Assembly (NCBI GenBank): GCA_963664225.1 | Contig: OY760937.1 | Span: forward strand, 4,128,001-4,192,000 | DNA length: 64,000 nucleotides | From: Verrucomicrobiia bacterium | GTDB taxonomy: Bacteria; Verrucomicrobiota; Verrucomicrobiia; Limisphaerales; UBA1319 | Reading direction: 5' to 3' | Shown here: positions 39,770 to 48,788 of the stretch, one piece after another | How the letters are laid out: each line of letters opens with the position of its first letter | How positions within the stretch are numbered: the first letter of the stretch is position 1 | Notes under the pieces: model-generated | The model's database searches: none | Told to the model about the DNA's origin: nothing | What the model saw: only the letters and a program-made list of their open reading frames with translations | Translations under genes and position numbers: made by a program

Positions 39770-39813
39770 CGGCGCACTCTTATTTCGCACGAGAAAACAC
39801 TCTCAGACGCGAG

Positions 39814-40089
39814 ATGGAGTGCAGTCAAGGCATTAAACATGATCAGTTCGATGCCGCGATTTGCAGCCGACTTTATTTGGTGGAAACAGAATTAGGTAAT
39901 CACACTGCGGCAGAAAAATATTATAAATTGGCTGCCACCAATTGCCAAAAGTATTGCGCAAGTGAGAAGCGGCCGCCACTGACACAGGAGGAAGTGCGTA
40001 TGCTCATTGAAATGGTTGACAAAAATGTGCAGGTGCCGCAATGGAAAGGGCAGATTAATGTTTCCTGTGATAATAGGCGAGAGCATTGA
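39814..40089 (+). CDS. Small hypothetical ORF, possibly a 5'-truncated remnant
   Basis: More AT-rich than its flanks; helical-looking 91 aa; frame is open upstream of the ATG. Confidence 0.4.
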   Translation: MECSQGIKHDQFDAAICSRLYLVETELGNHTAAEKYYKLAATNCQKYCASEKRPPLTQEEVRMLIEMVDKNVQVPQWKGQINVSCDNRREH

Positions 40090-40151
40090 TTTCAATACGT
40101 TTAGAGTTCGGATTCGTCGGTTCAGATCATGGTGGGCGCGCTCCCAGATGC

Positions 40152-42518
40152 TCACCGGACGATTAGCGCATCCACAGCCACCGGCCCGGGACCGCGATTG
40201 ACGATGTTAATGGCGTGTTTGCCTGACACCAGGCCGGTCACTTCGCACACTGCCTGCCGGGCCTGGCGCGCGCCGATAATGGACAAATCCACCGTTGCGC
40301 GCGTTTGGCCGTCAATCTGAATTTCGATTTTTCCGGCTCCGGGTTCTTTCGGGGCGATGACTGAGACACTGCTGCCGGTGAATGAACAGCTCCAAACCAC
40401 GCCGGGGGTGTCACTTGTCGTGATGTCATTGTTGAAGTCGCCGGCGCCCAGGTTGCAGCGGCGAAGCCAGCCGGGCGCCACTGCGCCTGGGTCATCGTCA
40501 TTGAGCCAGCCTTTGTCATGCGTGATGCGCAAGACGCGGCAGGCGGAAGCCAGCGATTGATTGGTGATGCCCGCCAGCGGCTGCGGCGTTCCGCCGGGCG
40601 CCACGGTCAAACCTTGATCATTTTGCACAAACGACAGCGGGACATCGGAACCGAGGAGTTCGACTTTCGACACTTGGCCCAATGTCGCCCCGCCGGCACG
40701 CAGGGCTTTGAGCGTGATCGGGCCGTTGGTCCAATTCATCAAGGCGGCATAGACGTTGCCGTTGTTGCGCGTGTAACAGATGGCATTGGCCTCTTCCTGA
40801 CAGACTTCAAATGGACGCGAACCATAGACCGCTTCGCCGTTGATTTTCAACCAGGCACCGATGTCTTTGGCAATTTGAATCACCTGTGGATCCAGATCGC
40901 CGCGGCCATGCTGGGTGAGGTTGAGCAAGAGCGTGCCGTTGCGCGAAACGTTCTGCATCAACAAACCGATTATTTTTTTCGCGTCCATGTATCGTTGCCC
41001 GGCCTTGTAGTGCCAGTCGGCGACGGTGGTTTCGGTCTGGAATGAATAGGGCATAATTTCCGGCTCGATGTCGGACTCGCTGCTCTTGACCAGGGCGCGT
41101 TCCACGAAGGGAATCAGTTCGGGGCTGTTTTTAAAGCTGTTGTAACGCCCACCGATGCACTTGAGGTTGATCACAACATCCAACTTCCCAGGCTTCCACT
41201 TCAAGGATTGGTTGTAGTAGTTTGCGACGAGCGGCGGAGCGAGAAAACCCAGCCCCATCTTGACACCCAAATCCAGCAGGGTGTCGCCCCCAGCCTCGTC
41301 AAAATAGATCGCGTCGGGATGATATTTGGAGATCGCGTCATCCACGCGCCACATAAATTGATTGGCGAAGGGCGAGAACAAGGGGTCCTTGTTGTTGTGA
41401 ACCGGCCCGTAAAGGTCCACCGGATCCATGCCCTCCCACCACGTGCCTTTTCCGTCGCGGATCGTTAGGAGCGCATCGTAGGGCACGCCTTTTTTTTGGC
41501 CTTTTTTGTCGCTGGTGTAACGCACCGGCATGAATTGGCCCCACGTCCGGGGCGGAGAGGCGTGAAAGCCGATGCCAAACCGGATTCCCTTCTGGCGCGC
41601 GGCCTTTTCCCATGTGCCGATGACATCCACCTTGGGGCCGACGCGGACGGAGTTCCAGGGTTGATAGGCTGAATCCCAGCAATCGAAGTTGTCGTGGTGA
41701 ACGCCCATCGCCATGAAATAACGGGCTCCCATTTCGGTGTAAAGGTTCATCAACTCGTTTGGATTCCAGCGGTCAATGACCCAGTTGTGGCAAATGTCCT
41801 TGTAACCGTATTCCGATGGATGGCCGAAGTTTTTGACGTGATAATTATACTGTGGATGGCCCTCCTGATACATGCCGCGCGAATACCAATCGCCATACTC
41901 GGGCATGGACTGCGGGTCCCAATGGGCCCACGCGCCAAACTTGGCCTCGCGCCACCACTCCGGCACGGTGTAACTCCGGCTGATCGCCTTCCAGTCGGGT
42001 GAATAAGGACCGGCGGCCACCGGCAAAGGCGGCAGGTTCCAAATATCCGGCGGCAACCCCAAATCTCCGTTGCCGACGATGATGCGATCAATGTTCACCG
42101 CGACATCGTTGGTCGCCAGACGGATGGTCAGCGTGGCCCTGGCGGGAATCGCCAGTTCAATGATTGCATTGAGAAAAGAATTGGTGAGAGCCCCGGAGGA
42201 ATGAACATTCACCTTGCGCGCCGGTTGGTCGTTGACTGCGACGCTGATCGTCCCCACCTCCACCGACGCATAGCGAATCGCCAATTTGCTGGCAGCCGGC
42301 AGGCGGGTGAACTTGAGGCCCTGGCCGGGTTTGCACAAACCGACCAAAGAAGCTCCGGAGGCTCCGAGGTCGGCCACCTTGGACGCCCCAGCGACACGTT
42401 TGGCGGCTTCCGCCTCGATCATGTGCTTGTCGGCAGCGACGGCAGAAACGGAAGCGGAAAGTAAAAATAAGGATGCAACAACAAGAAACCGCAGGTCATG
42501 GAACAATTTGCAGCGCAT
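40152..42518 (-). CDS. Secreted alpha-L-fucosidase (GH29) with accessory beta-sandwich domains
   Basis: PEWWREAKFGAWAHW, HHDNFDCWDS, YFD nucleophile motif, VSRNGTLLLN, WLKINGEAVYGSRP. Confidence 0.9.
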   Translation of the reverse strand: MRCKLFHDLRFLVVASLFLLSASVSAVAADKHMIEAEAAKRVAGASKVADLGASGASLVGLCKPGQGLKFTRLPAASKLAIRYASVEVGTISVAVNDQPARKVNVHSSGALTNSFLNAIIELAIPARATLTIRLATNDVAVNIDRIIVGNGDLGLPPDIWNLPPLPVAAGPYSPDWKAISRSYTVPEWWREAKFGAWAHWDPQSMPEYGDWYSRGMYQEGHPQYNYHVKNFGHPSEYGYKDICHNWVIDRWNPNELMNLYTEMGARYFMAMGVHHDNFDCWDSAYQPWNSVRVGPKVDVIGTWEKAARQKGIRFGIGFHASPPRTWGQFMPVRYTSDKKGQKKGVPYDALLTIRDGKGTWWEGMDPVDLYGPVHNNKDPLFSPFANQFMWRVDDAISKYHPDAIYFDEAGGDTLLDLGVKMGLGFLAPPLVANYYNQSLKWKPGKLDVVINLKCIGGRYNSFKNSPELIPFVERALVKSSESDIEPEIMPYSFQTETTVADWHYKAGQRYMDAKKIIGLLMQNVSRNGTLLLNLTQHGRGDLDPQVIQIAKDIGAWLKINGEAVYGSRPFEVCQEEANAICYTRNNGNVYAALMNWTNGPITLKALRAGGATLGQVSKVELLGSDVPLSFVQNDQGLTVAPGGTPQPLAGITNQSLASACRVLRITHDKGWLNDDDPGAVAPGWLRRCNLGAGDFNNDITTSDTPGVVWSCSFTGSSVSVIAPKEPGAGKIEIQIDGQTRATVDLSIIGARQARQAVCEVTGLVSGKHAINIVNRGPGPVAVDALIVR

Positions 42519-42670
42519 GAAGACATTTTGCCAATCGGGTGATCGGTTGTCAAAATTGATATTCCAGAGGCGCGAAAGCCGCAAAAAAGCAAAAAATCGC
42601 CGGATGGGTCAATACTTGCAGTAGGCAAACGGCATGGACCCCACCCTTACACTGGGACCAATCGAACCAA

Positions 42671-43567
42671 TCATTTCCCGCGGGACGAAATGGTTAATCC
42701 GCCGCCTGATGGGGCGTCGTTTTCGAGGCGTCGCAATAATTCCTGGACGATTTCCTGGAAGACAGGTCTTTTACGCATCACCTCGGGCGGTTCGTCCGGG
42801 CGGGGCACATCGAGAGTTTCCACCAGGCGACCCGGGTTGGCCGCCATGCGGAAGACGCGGTCGCCCAGATAGACGGCTTCCTCGACGGAATGGGTGACAA
42901 TGAAGACGGTGGATTCCTGCTCCTTCCAGAGTTGGACGAGCAGTTCCTGCATGTTGAGGCGGATCTTGGGGTCCAGCGCGCCGAAAGGTTCGTCCATCAA
43001 CAAAATCTTGGGGCCAAGAATGAGGGTGGCCGCAATGGAGACGCGCTGCTGCATTCCGCCGGAAAGCTCGGATGGATATTTGGATTCCGCGCCTTCGAGG
43101 CCGACCTTCTTCACCCATTCGTGGGCGCGATCCGTGCGTTCGCGGCGTCCCATGCCACGGAGCATCAGGCCGAAGGCAATGTTCTCCAGCACGGTGAGGT
43201 GGGGCATGAGCGAGTATTTCTGGTCCACCATTCCACGCTCGGAACTGGGGCTTACAATAGGTTTGCCAAATGCGATGATTTCGCCGGTTGTTTGCGGAAA
43301 ATGAGGTGTCAGGGCCGCGAGCATTCGCAGGAGGGTGGATTTCCCGCAGCCTGAAGGCCCGACGATGGCGATGAGTTCGCCGACATTGGGCAGGTCGTGA
43401 ATGACGAAGGAGATGTCCTGCAACGCAACTTTCGCCTGGTTGCCTTCGCCGAATTTCTTGGTCACGTTTTTGAATACGACCAATTCAGGCAGCCCGGTTT
43501 TAGACGACACAGCGGGATCTGTCGGGCCAGTTGAATCGGGCTTGGTTTCGGATGCGGGGGTGTCCAT
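42671..43567 (-). CDS. ABC ATPase, NitT/TauB family
   Basis: GPSGCGKST, LSGGMQQR, LLMDEPFGALD, VTHSVEEA. Confidence 0.93.
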   Translation of the reverse strand: MDTPASETKPDSTGPTDPAVSSKTGLPELVVFKNVTKKFGEGNQAKVALQDISFVIHDLPNVGELIAIVGPSGCGKSTLLRMLAALTPHFPQTTGEIIAFGKPIVSPSSERGMVDQKYSLMPHLTVLENIAFGLMLRGMGRRERTDRAHEWVKKVGLEGAESKYPSELSGGMQQRVSIAATLILGPKILLMDEPFGALDPKIRLNMQELLVQLWKEQESTVFIVTHSVEEAVYLGDRVFRMAANPGRLVETLDVPRPDEPPEVMRKRPVFQEIVQELLRRLENDAPSGGGLTISSRGK

Positions 43568-43572
43568 GCGGT

Positions 43573-44433
43573 TCAGTTGACGTAACGATAGGGGAACAGA
43601 ATCCGGCCGCCGAGCTTCCACAATTGGTCGCAGGCGACGGCGATGGCGACGATGACGATGATGATGGCAAACATGGAGGCCGTGTGGCCTCGGCGTTCGG
43701 AGATGGAGATGAGATAGCCCAGGCCTTGCTCGGCATTGACCACTTCAGCCAGGATGATCCAGCCCCAACCCACGCCGTACACCCCGCGCAAATGATCCCA
43801 GATATCCGCCTTGGCCACCGGAAACAAGACGTGGCGAACGATCTGCCATTGCGAGGCGCCCTTGGTCACGGCCACATCGATATAGGCGGACGGAACGTCC
43901 GTGATGGTCTTGATGACCAGGGGCAGGAGCGCGACAAAACAGCCGATGAACAGGAACCCAACCTTCTGGGTTTCGGTCAGCCCGAACCAAGCGAGAGTCA
44001 AAGGGACGAATACGACGATCGGCACATAGGAGCCAATGAGCGCGAGCGGACGGAAGAAGGCCGACATGGGAGGAAAGGTGGCCATGTAAACGCCCAATGG
44101 GACCGCAACGATGGCCGCCAGCGTGAAGCCCGTGGTCACGCGCATGAACGAGATCAAGGCGCTACGGACCAAAGCCTGCTCAAAGTGCAGCCGGGGAAAA
44201 GCCGCCAACACCTCGACCGGGCTGGGAAGAATGAGCGGCATGACGATCCGGTCCTCCATGCGCTCGCCACGCGTTACAAACCACCACGCCAGCATCATGA
44301 CTCCAACAAAGGCCGCTGTCAGGGCCAGGCCGCGCGTTTCGGGCAGCGTTTTGCGCACGTTCAGACCGCCGAAGCGCACCACGGCGGTCAGAAGTGTGAC
44401 AAAAACCACCGCAAAGATGAAAAACCCCGTCAT
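43573..44433 (-). CDS. ABC permease, NitT/TauC family, with extra N-terminal TM
   Basis: ILPSPVEV, SFMRVTTGF, EAA-like YIDVAVTKGAS, IILAEVV, GLGYLI. Confidence 0.92.
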   Translation of the reverse strand: MTGFFIFAVVFVTLLTAVVRFGGLNVRKTLPETRGLALTAAFVGVMMLAWWFVTRGERMEDRIVMPLILPSPVEVLAAFPRLHFEQALVRSALISFMRVTTGFTLAAIVAVPLGVYMATFPPMSAFFRPLALIGSYVPIVVFVPLTLAWFGLTETQKVGFLFIGCFVALLPLVIKTITDVPSAYIDVAVTKGASQWQIVRHVLFPVAKADIWDHLRGVYGVGWGWIILAEVVNAEQGLGYLISISERRGHTASMFAIIIVIVAIAVACDQLWKLGGRILFPYRYVN

Positions 44434-46202
44434 TATTCTTTCTCCAAGGGGAAGACTTTGACTTCAACACGGCGGTTTTTGCGGTTGTGATCCACATTGC
44501 TGGGATCGGTCATGCCCGGTAGCGGATTATCCCAACCATTGCCGATGACCTTGAATTTATTCGGGTCGAATTTGTATTTGGCGATGATGGCTTTCCGCAC
44601 GGAATCCGCGCGATCATAGGAGAGTTGACGCACGAGGTCGGCGGGAACCACGCCCTTGCGGCTGGCGTCGGTGTTGCCTTCGACCACAACGTAGGCGTTG
44701 CCGAACGAACCGGCCATCTTGCTGATTTCCTCCAGGGTGGCGGGAATCGTGGCATCATACTCCGCATTGAGCGTCGATTTGTTTGGCTCGAAGGAAATGA
44801 TGACGGCCTTGGTCAGGATTTCGCTGGAATCGGCTTCCGCCGTCTTGAACAAGGCGCCCGGCTTGAAGGTTGGCTGTGAGAGATCGCGAGTCTCCTTGTA
44901 TTCCTCGGACATTTTGGCCAGAACGCCCGCCGCCTTGACCTTCGCCGCTTGAGCCGGGACGTCGATTGCGCCGAGGGATTTGTAGATCGTCGAAGCCCGG
45001 TTCCAGACCACTTCGAAATTGGCCGGGTTCATCGGGTCCAGGAAGAAATTGGAATTCTCCCGGTAATTGGCCAGATGGGCGTCGCCTTCGCTGATACCGC
45101 CGTCCTTGCCGATCATGTTCTGGCAATCCTCGACGGGCAGTTTATAGGCGGCGGACAGGATGCGGGCTGCGCCTGGAACGTCTTTGCGGACCATGTCCAT
45201 GCCTTCGAAAATACCGCGCACCAGGTTGGCCGCGATATCAGGGTGATCCCGGTAGAAATCGTTGCGCAAGGCCCAGACGTCCGCGATCAAATGATTGGCC
45301 GCCGCAGTGCTGACCACGAGGCGGGTTCCGGTTACCTGCTCGGACACGGTGTAAATGTCCGGGGACCAACCAACAAAGGCGTCAAACGAGGTGTCCTGAA
45401 CAAAGATTTTTGCCGCAGCCGGAGCGTCCCCCGCCCATTTGAAATCGACCTGCGCGGGATCGATCCCCGCGTCGATGAGTAGGGACATGATCAGGTAATG
45501 GCTGGGTGAGTTTTGAGCCAGAACCACTTTGCGGCGCTTGCCATCCTTCATGCGAAAATCGTTGATGCTCCGAATATCGCCACGGGCCACAATACCGTCA
45601 CCACCAGACGACCAGTCCACCTGCTGGCAAATGACGGGGACGGTGCGGGAGTCCTTGACCAGTTCGGGCGCGAAGAGGGCCATCATATCGAGTGTGCCCC
45701 AGAGGACATGGCTGTGACCGCTGGCGAAGAGGTCACGGGCCTTGACCGGATCATCGACCAGCGAAAGCTTCACGTAGAAGCCATATTTCTTGAAAAAGAT
45801 GCTTCCTTCGTTGGGCTCCATACCGTTGTTGGCGACGATGATCGGCGCCCAACCCGGCCAGACGTTGATTGGAAATTGAACGATGAGTTTGCCATCTTTC
45901 ATCGGCTTGTCGTAATCGCTGACGCCGCTGACCGATGGAATGGCGGAACCATCGACCAGGGAGACCGCCTTGTCGCCGGCCAGCAACTTGCTGGTGACGT
46001 CGGTGGCGGGTTTGGCCGGCTGCCCGGCTGAGGGCGCGCCTGTCGGTTTGTTGGCGTCCAGGGCCTGTTTAATTGCCGCCGTGTCGAGGGACGGATTGGA
46101 GGATTTGCCGGTGGGGGCGATTTTATCCCACCAACGATAGGTGCCGAATCCGGCCACAGCCAGGATCAACAGCGTTAATACGATTTTTCCGCGAGCAGTC
46201 AT
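44433..46202 (-). CDS. Membrane-anchored NMT1/SsuA-type substrate-binding protein fused to a C-terminal OmpA-like peptidoglycan-binding domain
   Basis: N-terminal TM; WPGWAP, DWSSGGDGIV, WSPD; C-terminal ISFEPNKS, VEGNTD, LSYDRA, GNGWDNP, NRRVEV. Confidence 0.87.
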   Translation of the reverse strand: MTARGKIVLTLLILAVAGFGTYRWWDKIAPTGKSSNPSLDTAAIKQALDANKPTGAPSAGQPAKPATDVTSKLLAGDKAVSLVDGSAIPSVSGVSDYDKPMKDGKLIVQFPINVWPGWAPIIVANNGMEPNEGSIFFKKYGFYVKLSLVDDPVKARDLFASGHSHVLWGTLDMMALFAPELVKDSRTVPVICQQVDWSSGGDGIVARGDIRSINDFRMKDGKRRKVVLAQNSPSHYLIMSLLIDAGIDPAQVDFKWAGDAPAAAKIFVQDTSFDAFVGWSPDIYTVSEQVTGTRLVVSTAAANHLIADVWALRNDFYRDHPDIAANLVRGIFEGMDMVRKDVPGAARILSAAYKLPVEDCQNMIGKDGGISEGDAHLANYRENSNFFLDPMNPANFEVVWNRASTIYKSLGAIDVPAQAAKVKAAGVLAKMSEEYKETRDLSQPTFKPGALFKTAEADSSEILTKAVIISFEPNKSTLNAEYDATIPATLEEISKMAGSFGNAYVVVEGNTDASRKGVVPADLVRQLSYDRADSVRKAIIAKYKFDPNKFKVIGNGWDNPLPGMTDPSNVDHNRKNRRVEVKVFPLEKE

Positions 46203-46265
46203 AATTCTAGTCCTTTCAAGTACGGCTTCAAGGGTTCTGGGATCAACGGCGCAAAAGGGTCTGGC

Positions 46266-47027
46266 TCATTTCTCGGCGATTTTCTGGCGATCCTCCTTGG
46301 GAGGCGCGGCAACAGCCGGGGCGGCATCGGCCTGAACCATGCCCATCTTTTTCTTGTATTCCTGGAACAACATCGCGCCCCGGGCCTTGCGCATGTCCTG
46401 CTGGCGTTGGACGTTGGAGCCCATTTCCTTGGCCAGGTCCAGCGTCGCGCGCATCTGGCCTTCACCCGCCGCTGCGGATTGCCTGAGCTGCTGCATGGAT
46501 TGGCCCAATTCGCCACCCATCATGCCCTGCAATTCCGTGATGGAGCCCTTCATCAGGCTGGCCAGGTTTTCGAGCGAACGGCCCACAGCCACGCGGACTT
46601 TGACCTGCTCGAAATCGCGCTGGAATTTCTGAATTTCGCGCAAACTCTGGGCGATGATCTGGGTGTTCTGCTGGTAAAGCTCTTCAAGGCTGTTGAGCTG
46701 GGACTTGTTGTCTTCCAAGTCCTTCTCCACATCGGAGAGTTGCTCGGCGTAATGCGCACCGTTGGCATCGTCATTGGCCGCCGCCGCCGCCTGGACCAGA
46801 CCCTGCAAGTCCTCACGTCCTCGCTCCTGGCGTTTGACCTGGTCCTTGAGCAGGGCGATCTGGCCGGCCAGTTGGCCATTGGCGTAATGGGCCTTGTCGG
46901 CCTTGGCCTTGGCATCGCGAATGCCCCGTTCCACCACGGCCTGATTGATCGCGTCGGTTTCGGTGGCTTTTTCGGCAGCCAGCCCCATCCAGATGAACAG
47001 CCGTTTGATGGCTCTAAAGATACCCAT
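46266..47027 (-). CDS. PspA/IM30 (bacterial ESCRT-III)-like coiled-coil protein
   Basis: Amphipathic N-terminus MGIFRAIKRLF, ERGIRD, long helical hairpin with AAAAANDDANG turn, terminal helix LFQEYKKKMG; 253 aa. Confidence 0.72.
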   Translation of the reverse strand: MGIFRAIKRLFIWMGLAAEKATETDAINQAVVERGIRDAKAKADKAHYANGQLAGQIALLKDQVKRQERGREDLQGLVQAAAAANDDANGAHYAEQLSDVEKDLEDNKSQLNSLEELYQQNTQIIAQSLREIQKFQRDFEQVKVRVAVGRSLENLASLMKGSITELQGMMGGELGQSMQQLRQSAAAGEGQMRATLDLAKEMGSNVQRQQDMRKARGAMLFQEYKKKMGMVQADAAPAVAAPPKEDRQKIAEK

Positions 47028-47039
47028 ATTCGTCGATTG

Positions 47040-47795
47040 TTAGTTGGTTGTTGATTTTGCGGGGGCCGCTTTGGCCGGAGGTTCCTCCTCTTCGAGTAGA
47101 ATCTTCTTTTCGAAAATGTAGGTCAACTGCGATTCAAGCTGGGTTGCATTGGAGGCGCTGACCACAGTGGCCCCCTGTTTCTTAAGGGGATTAAACACGG
47201 CGGCGTCCACGTCAAAAGCGATGACATGGGTCTGAAACGCGGTATTGGCGCTTTCTGCGGCGGTTTTAAGTTTGGGCAGCACGGCATCGGGACTTGGTCC
47301 GGTGGTATTCATGCCATCGGTGACAATGAGGACATGTTTGTGCGTCAGCGGTGATCGAATGAGGGTTTGTGCGGCCAGGCTTAGGGAATTGCCCAGGGGG
47401 GTATTGCCATCGGGACCTTTGTACTGGGTGATCCAATCGCGAAATGGCTGCGGATTGAATGGGCCAAAGGGGACCGCAAATTTGGGAGTTCCTTGATTGA
47501 AGACAATCAGGCCGGCGTTAACTTTTCGAGGGGCGCCTTCAGAAGCCGCTTTCTGGTAGGCCTCCAACCGGTTCAGGATTTTACCCAGCGCCCGATTGGC
47601 GATGATGTACTTTGGAGCTGCCTGGCCATTTTGGTCCCGGACAGTTTCACGCATGCTTCCAGAGGTATCGCAAACGATGACCAGGGAAACACCTTCCTGC
47701 GGGGCGGGCTGGTCGGCGGCAAAGGAGGCCATTGCGCATGTCAAGCCTAGCAATGCGGCTAAAAGCGCTCCCGGCCTTGAGTTGGTTGGATTCAT
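47040..47795 (-). CDS. Exported von Willebrand factor A (vWA) domain protein
   Basis: Signal peptide; MIDAS DTSGS, GNTPL, VTDG. Confidence 0.88.
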   Translation of the reverse strand: MNPTNSRPGALLAALLGLTCAMASFAADQPAPQEGVSLVIVCDTSGSMRETVRDQNGQAAPKYIIANRALGKILNRLEAYQKAASEGAPRKVNAGLIVFNQGTPKFAVPFGPFNPQPFRDWITQYKGPDGNTPLGNSLSLAAQTLIRSPLTHKHVLIVTDGMNTTGPSPDAVLPKLKTAAESANTAFQTHVIAFDVDAAVFNPLKKQGATVVSASNATQLESQLTYIFEKKILLEEEEPPAKAAPAKSTTN

Positions 47796-47821
47796 ATCTT
47801 AGCTTGTGCAAGACTAACCAT

Positions 47822-47851
47822 AGTTTAGCAGTTTAAAACCTTCACTGTCAA
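47822..47851 (-). promoter_or_regulatory. sigma70-type promoter of the vWA-PspA-ABC operon
   Basis: TTGACA-N18-TAAACT with extended -10 TGn, -10 box ending 26 nt upstream of the ATG. Confidence 0.65.
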
Positions 47852-48239
47852 ACAATAACCCAGTCCCAATCCGGTAATTCGGAGAGGGTCTGCTTGAACT
47901 AATATAAACCAGCCGAACAGATTGGCCTTTATAAAAACCTCTCCTGTTTATACCTGCATCGATCAAAAGCCGGTTTGAAGATATGGCTTGCCGGGATGTC
48001 AGCAAGATTTGCAAAGCGTTGACGACTGTCCAAAACCCAAGCCGCATAAAAAATGATGCCAAATGTGTTTTGTGCTGGAAATCCATGCGGCGGTGGATTA
48101 TAGATACCCGGGTTCCCCAGCGGTTACCGGACGGTTCATAGGCAAGAGCGGATATGGAAGATGGACACGGCGTCTTGCGGCGGGCGCGCGGTCCGGAACT
48201 CGCGGGAAATAGCATGTAAAACAACCAACCGAGCTGATT

Positions 48240-48758
48240 ATGGATATAACATTCAACTGCCCCAATTGCAAACAAGAGATGTTGGTGGACGCCGAGGACG
48301 TGGGACGCGAGGTGGAGTGTCCATCCTGCGGGGCGAGTATCACCATTCCCGGAGAGGAAGCTGCGGAAGCACGGCCAGCGGCCGAGGCTCCAGTAGAGCA
48401 GCAGCCTTCAGCCGTGCATCCCGTCAATGCAATGGCCTCTTCTGCCGCAGCCAAGGAATCCAAGCATTATGCGGTGCCAGCGCATGATGCGCCGACCGAG
48501 GTGCTCATCAGCAAGCCGAATAAGCCGCTGGAAGTCGCGGCCAAAGAGACGGATAAGAAATTAAGAATCCGGACCATCCGGCGCACGGATTGCGTGGAAG
48601 TAGGGAAGGATCTGTTCGATCAAAGGGTCTCTGACTTTCTGCAACAAGTGGGTGAGACCAATGTGGTCAGCATCAATTCCATTGCCTATACCCACGTGGA
48701 TTTGGGATCCCATCAGTTAATGACGGATTTCGGCGTCATGATTGTTTTTAAGGGGTAA
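48240..48758 (+). CDS. Zn-ribbon domain hypothetical protein
   Basis: CPNC...CPSC at the N-terminus, linker, small C-terminal domain. Confidence 0.8.
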   Translation: MDITFNCPNCKQEMLVDAEDVGREVECPSCGASITIPGEEAAEARPAAEAPVEQQPSAVHPVNAMASSAAAKESKHYAVPAHDAPTEVLISKPNKPLEVAAKETDKKLRIRTIRRTDCVEVGKDLFDQRVSDFLQQVGETNVVSINSIAYTHVDLGSHQLMTDFGVMIVFKG

Positions 48759-48788
48759 ATCGCCCCAGACAACAAAGATCCAACTATT

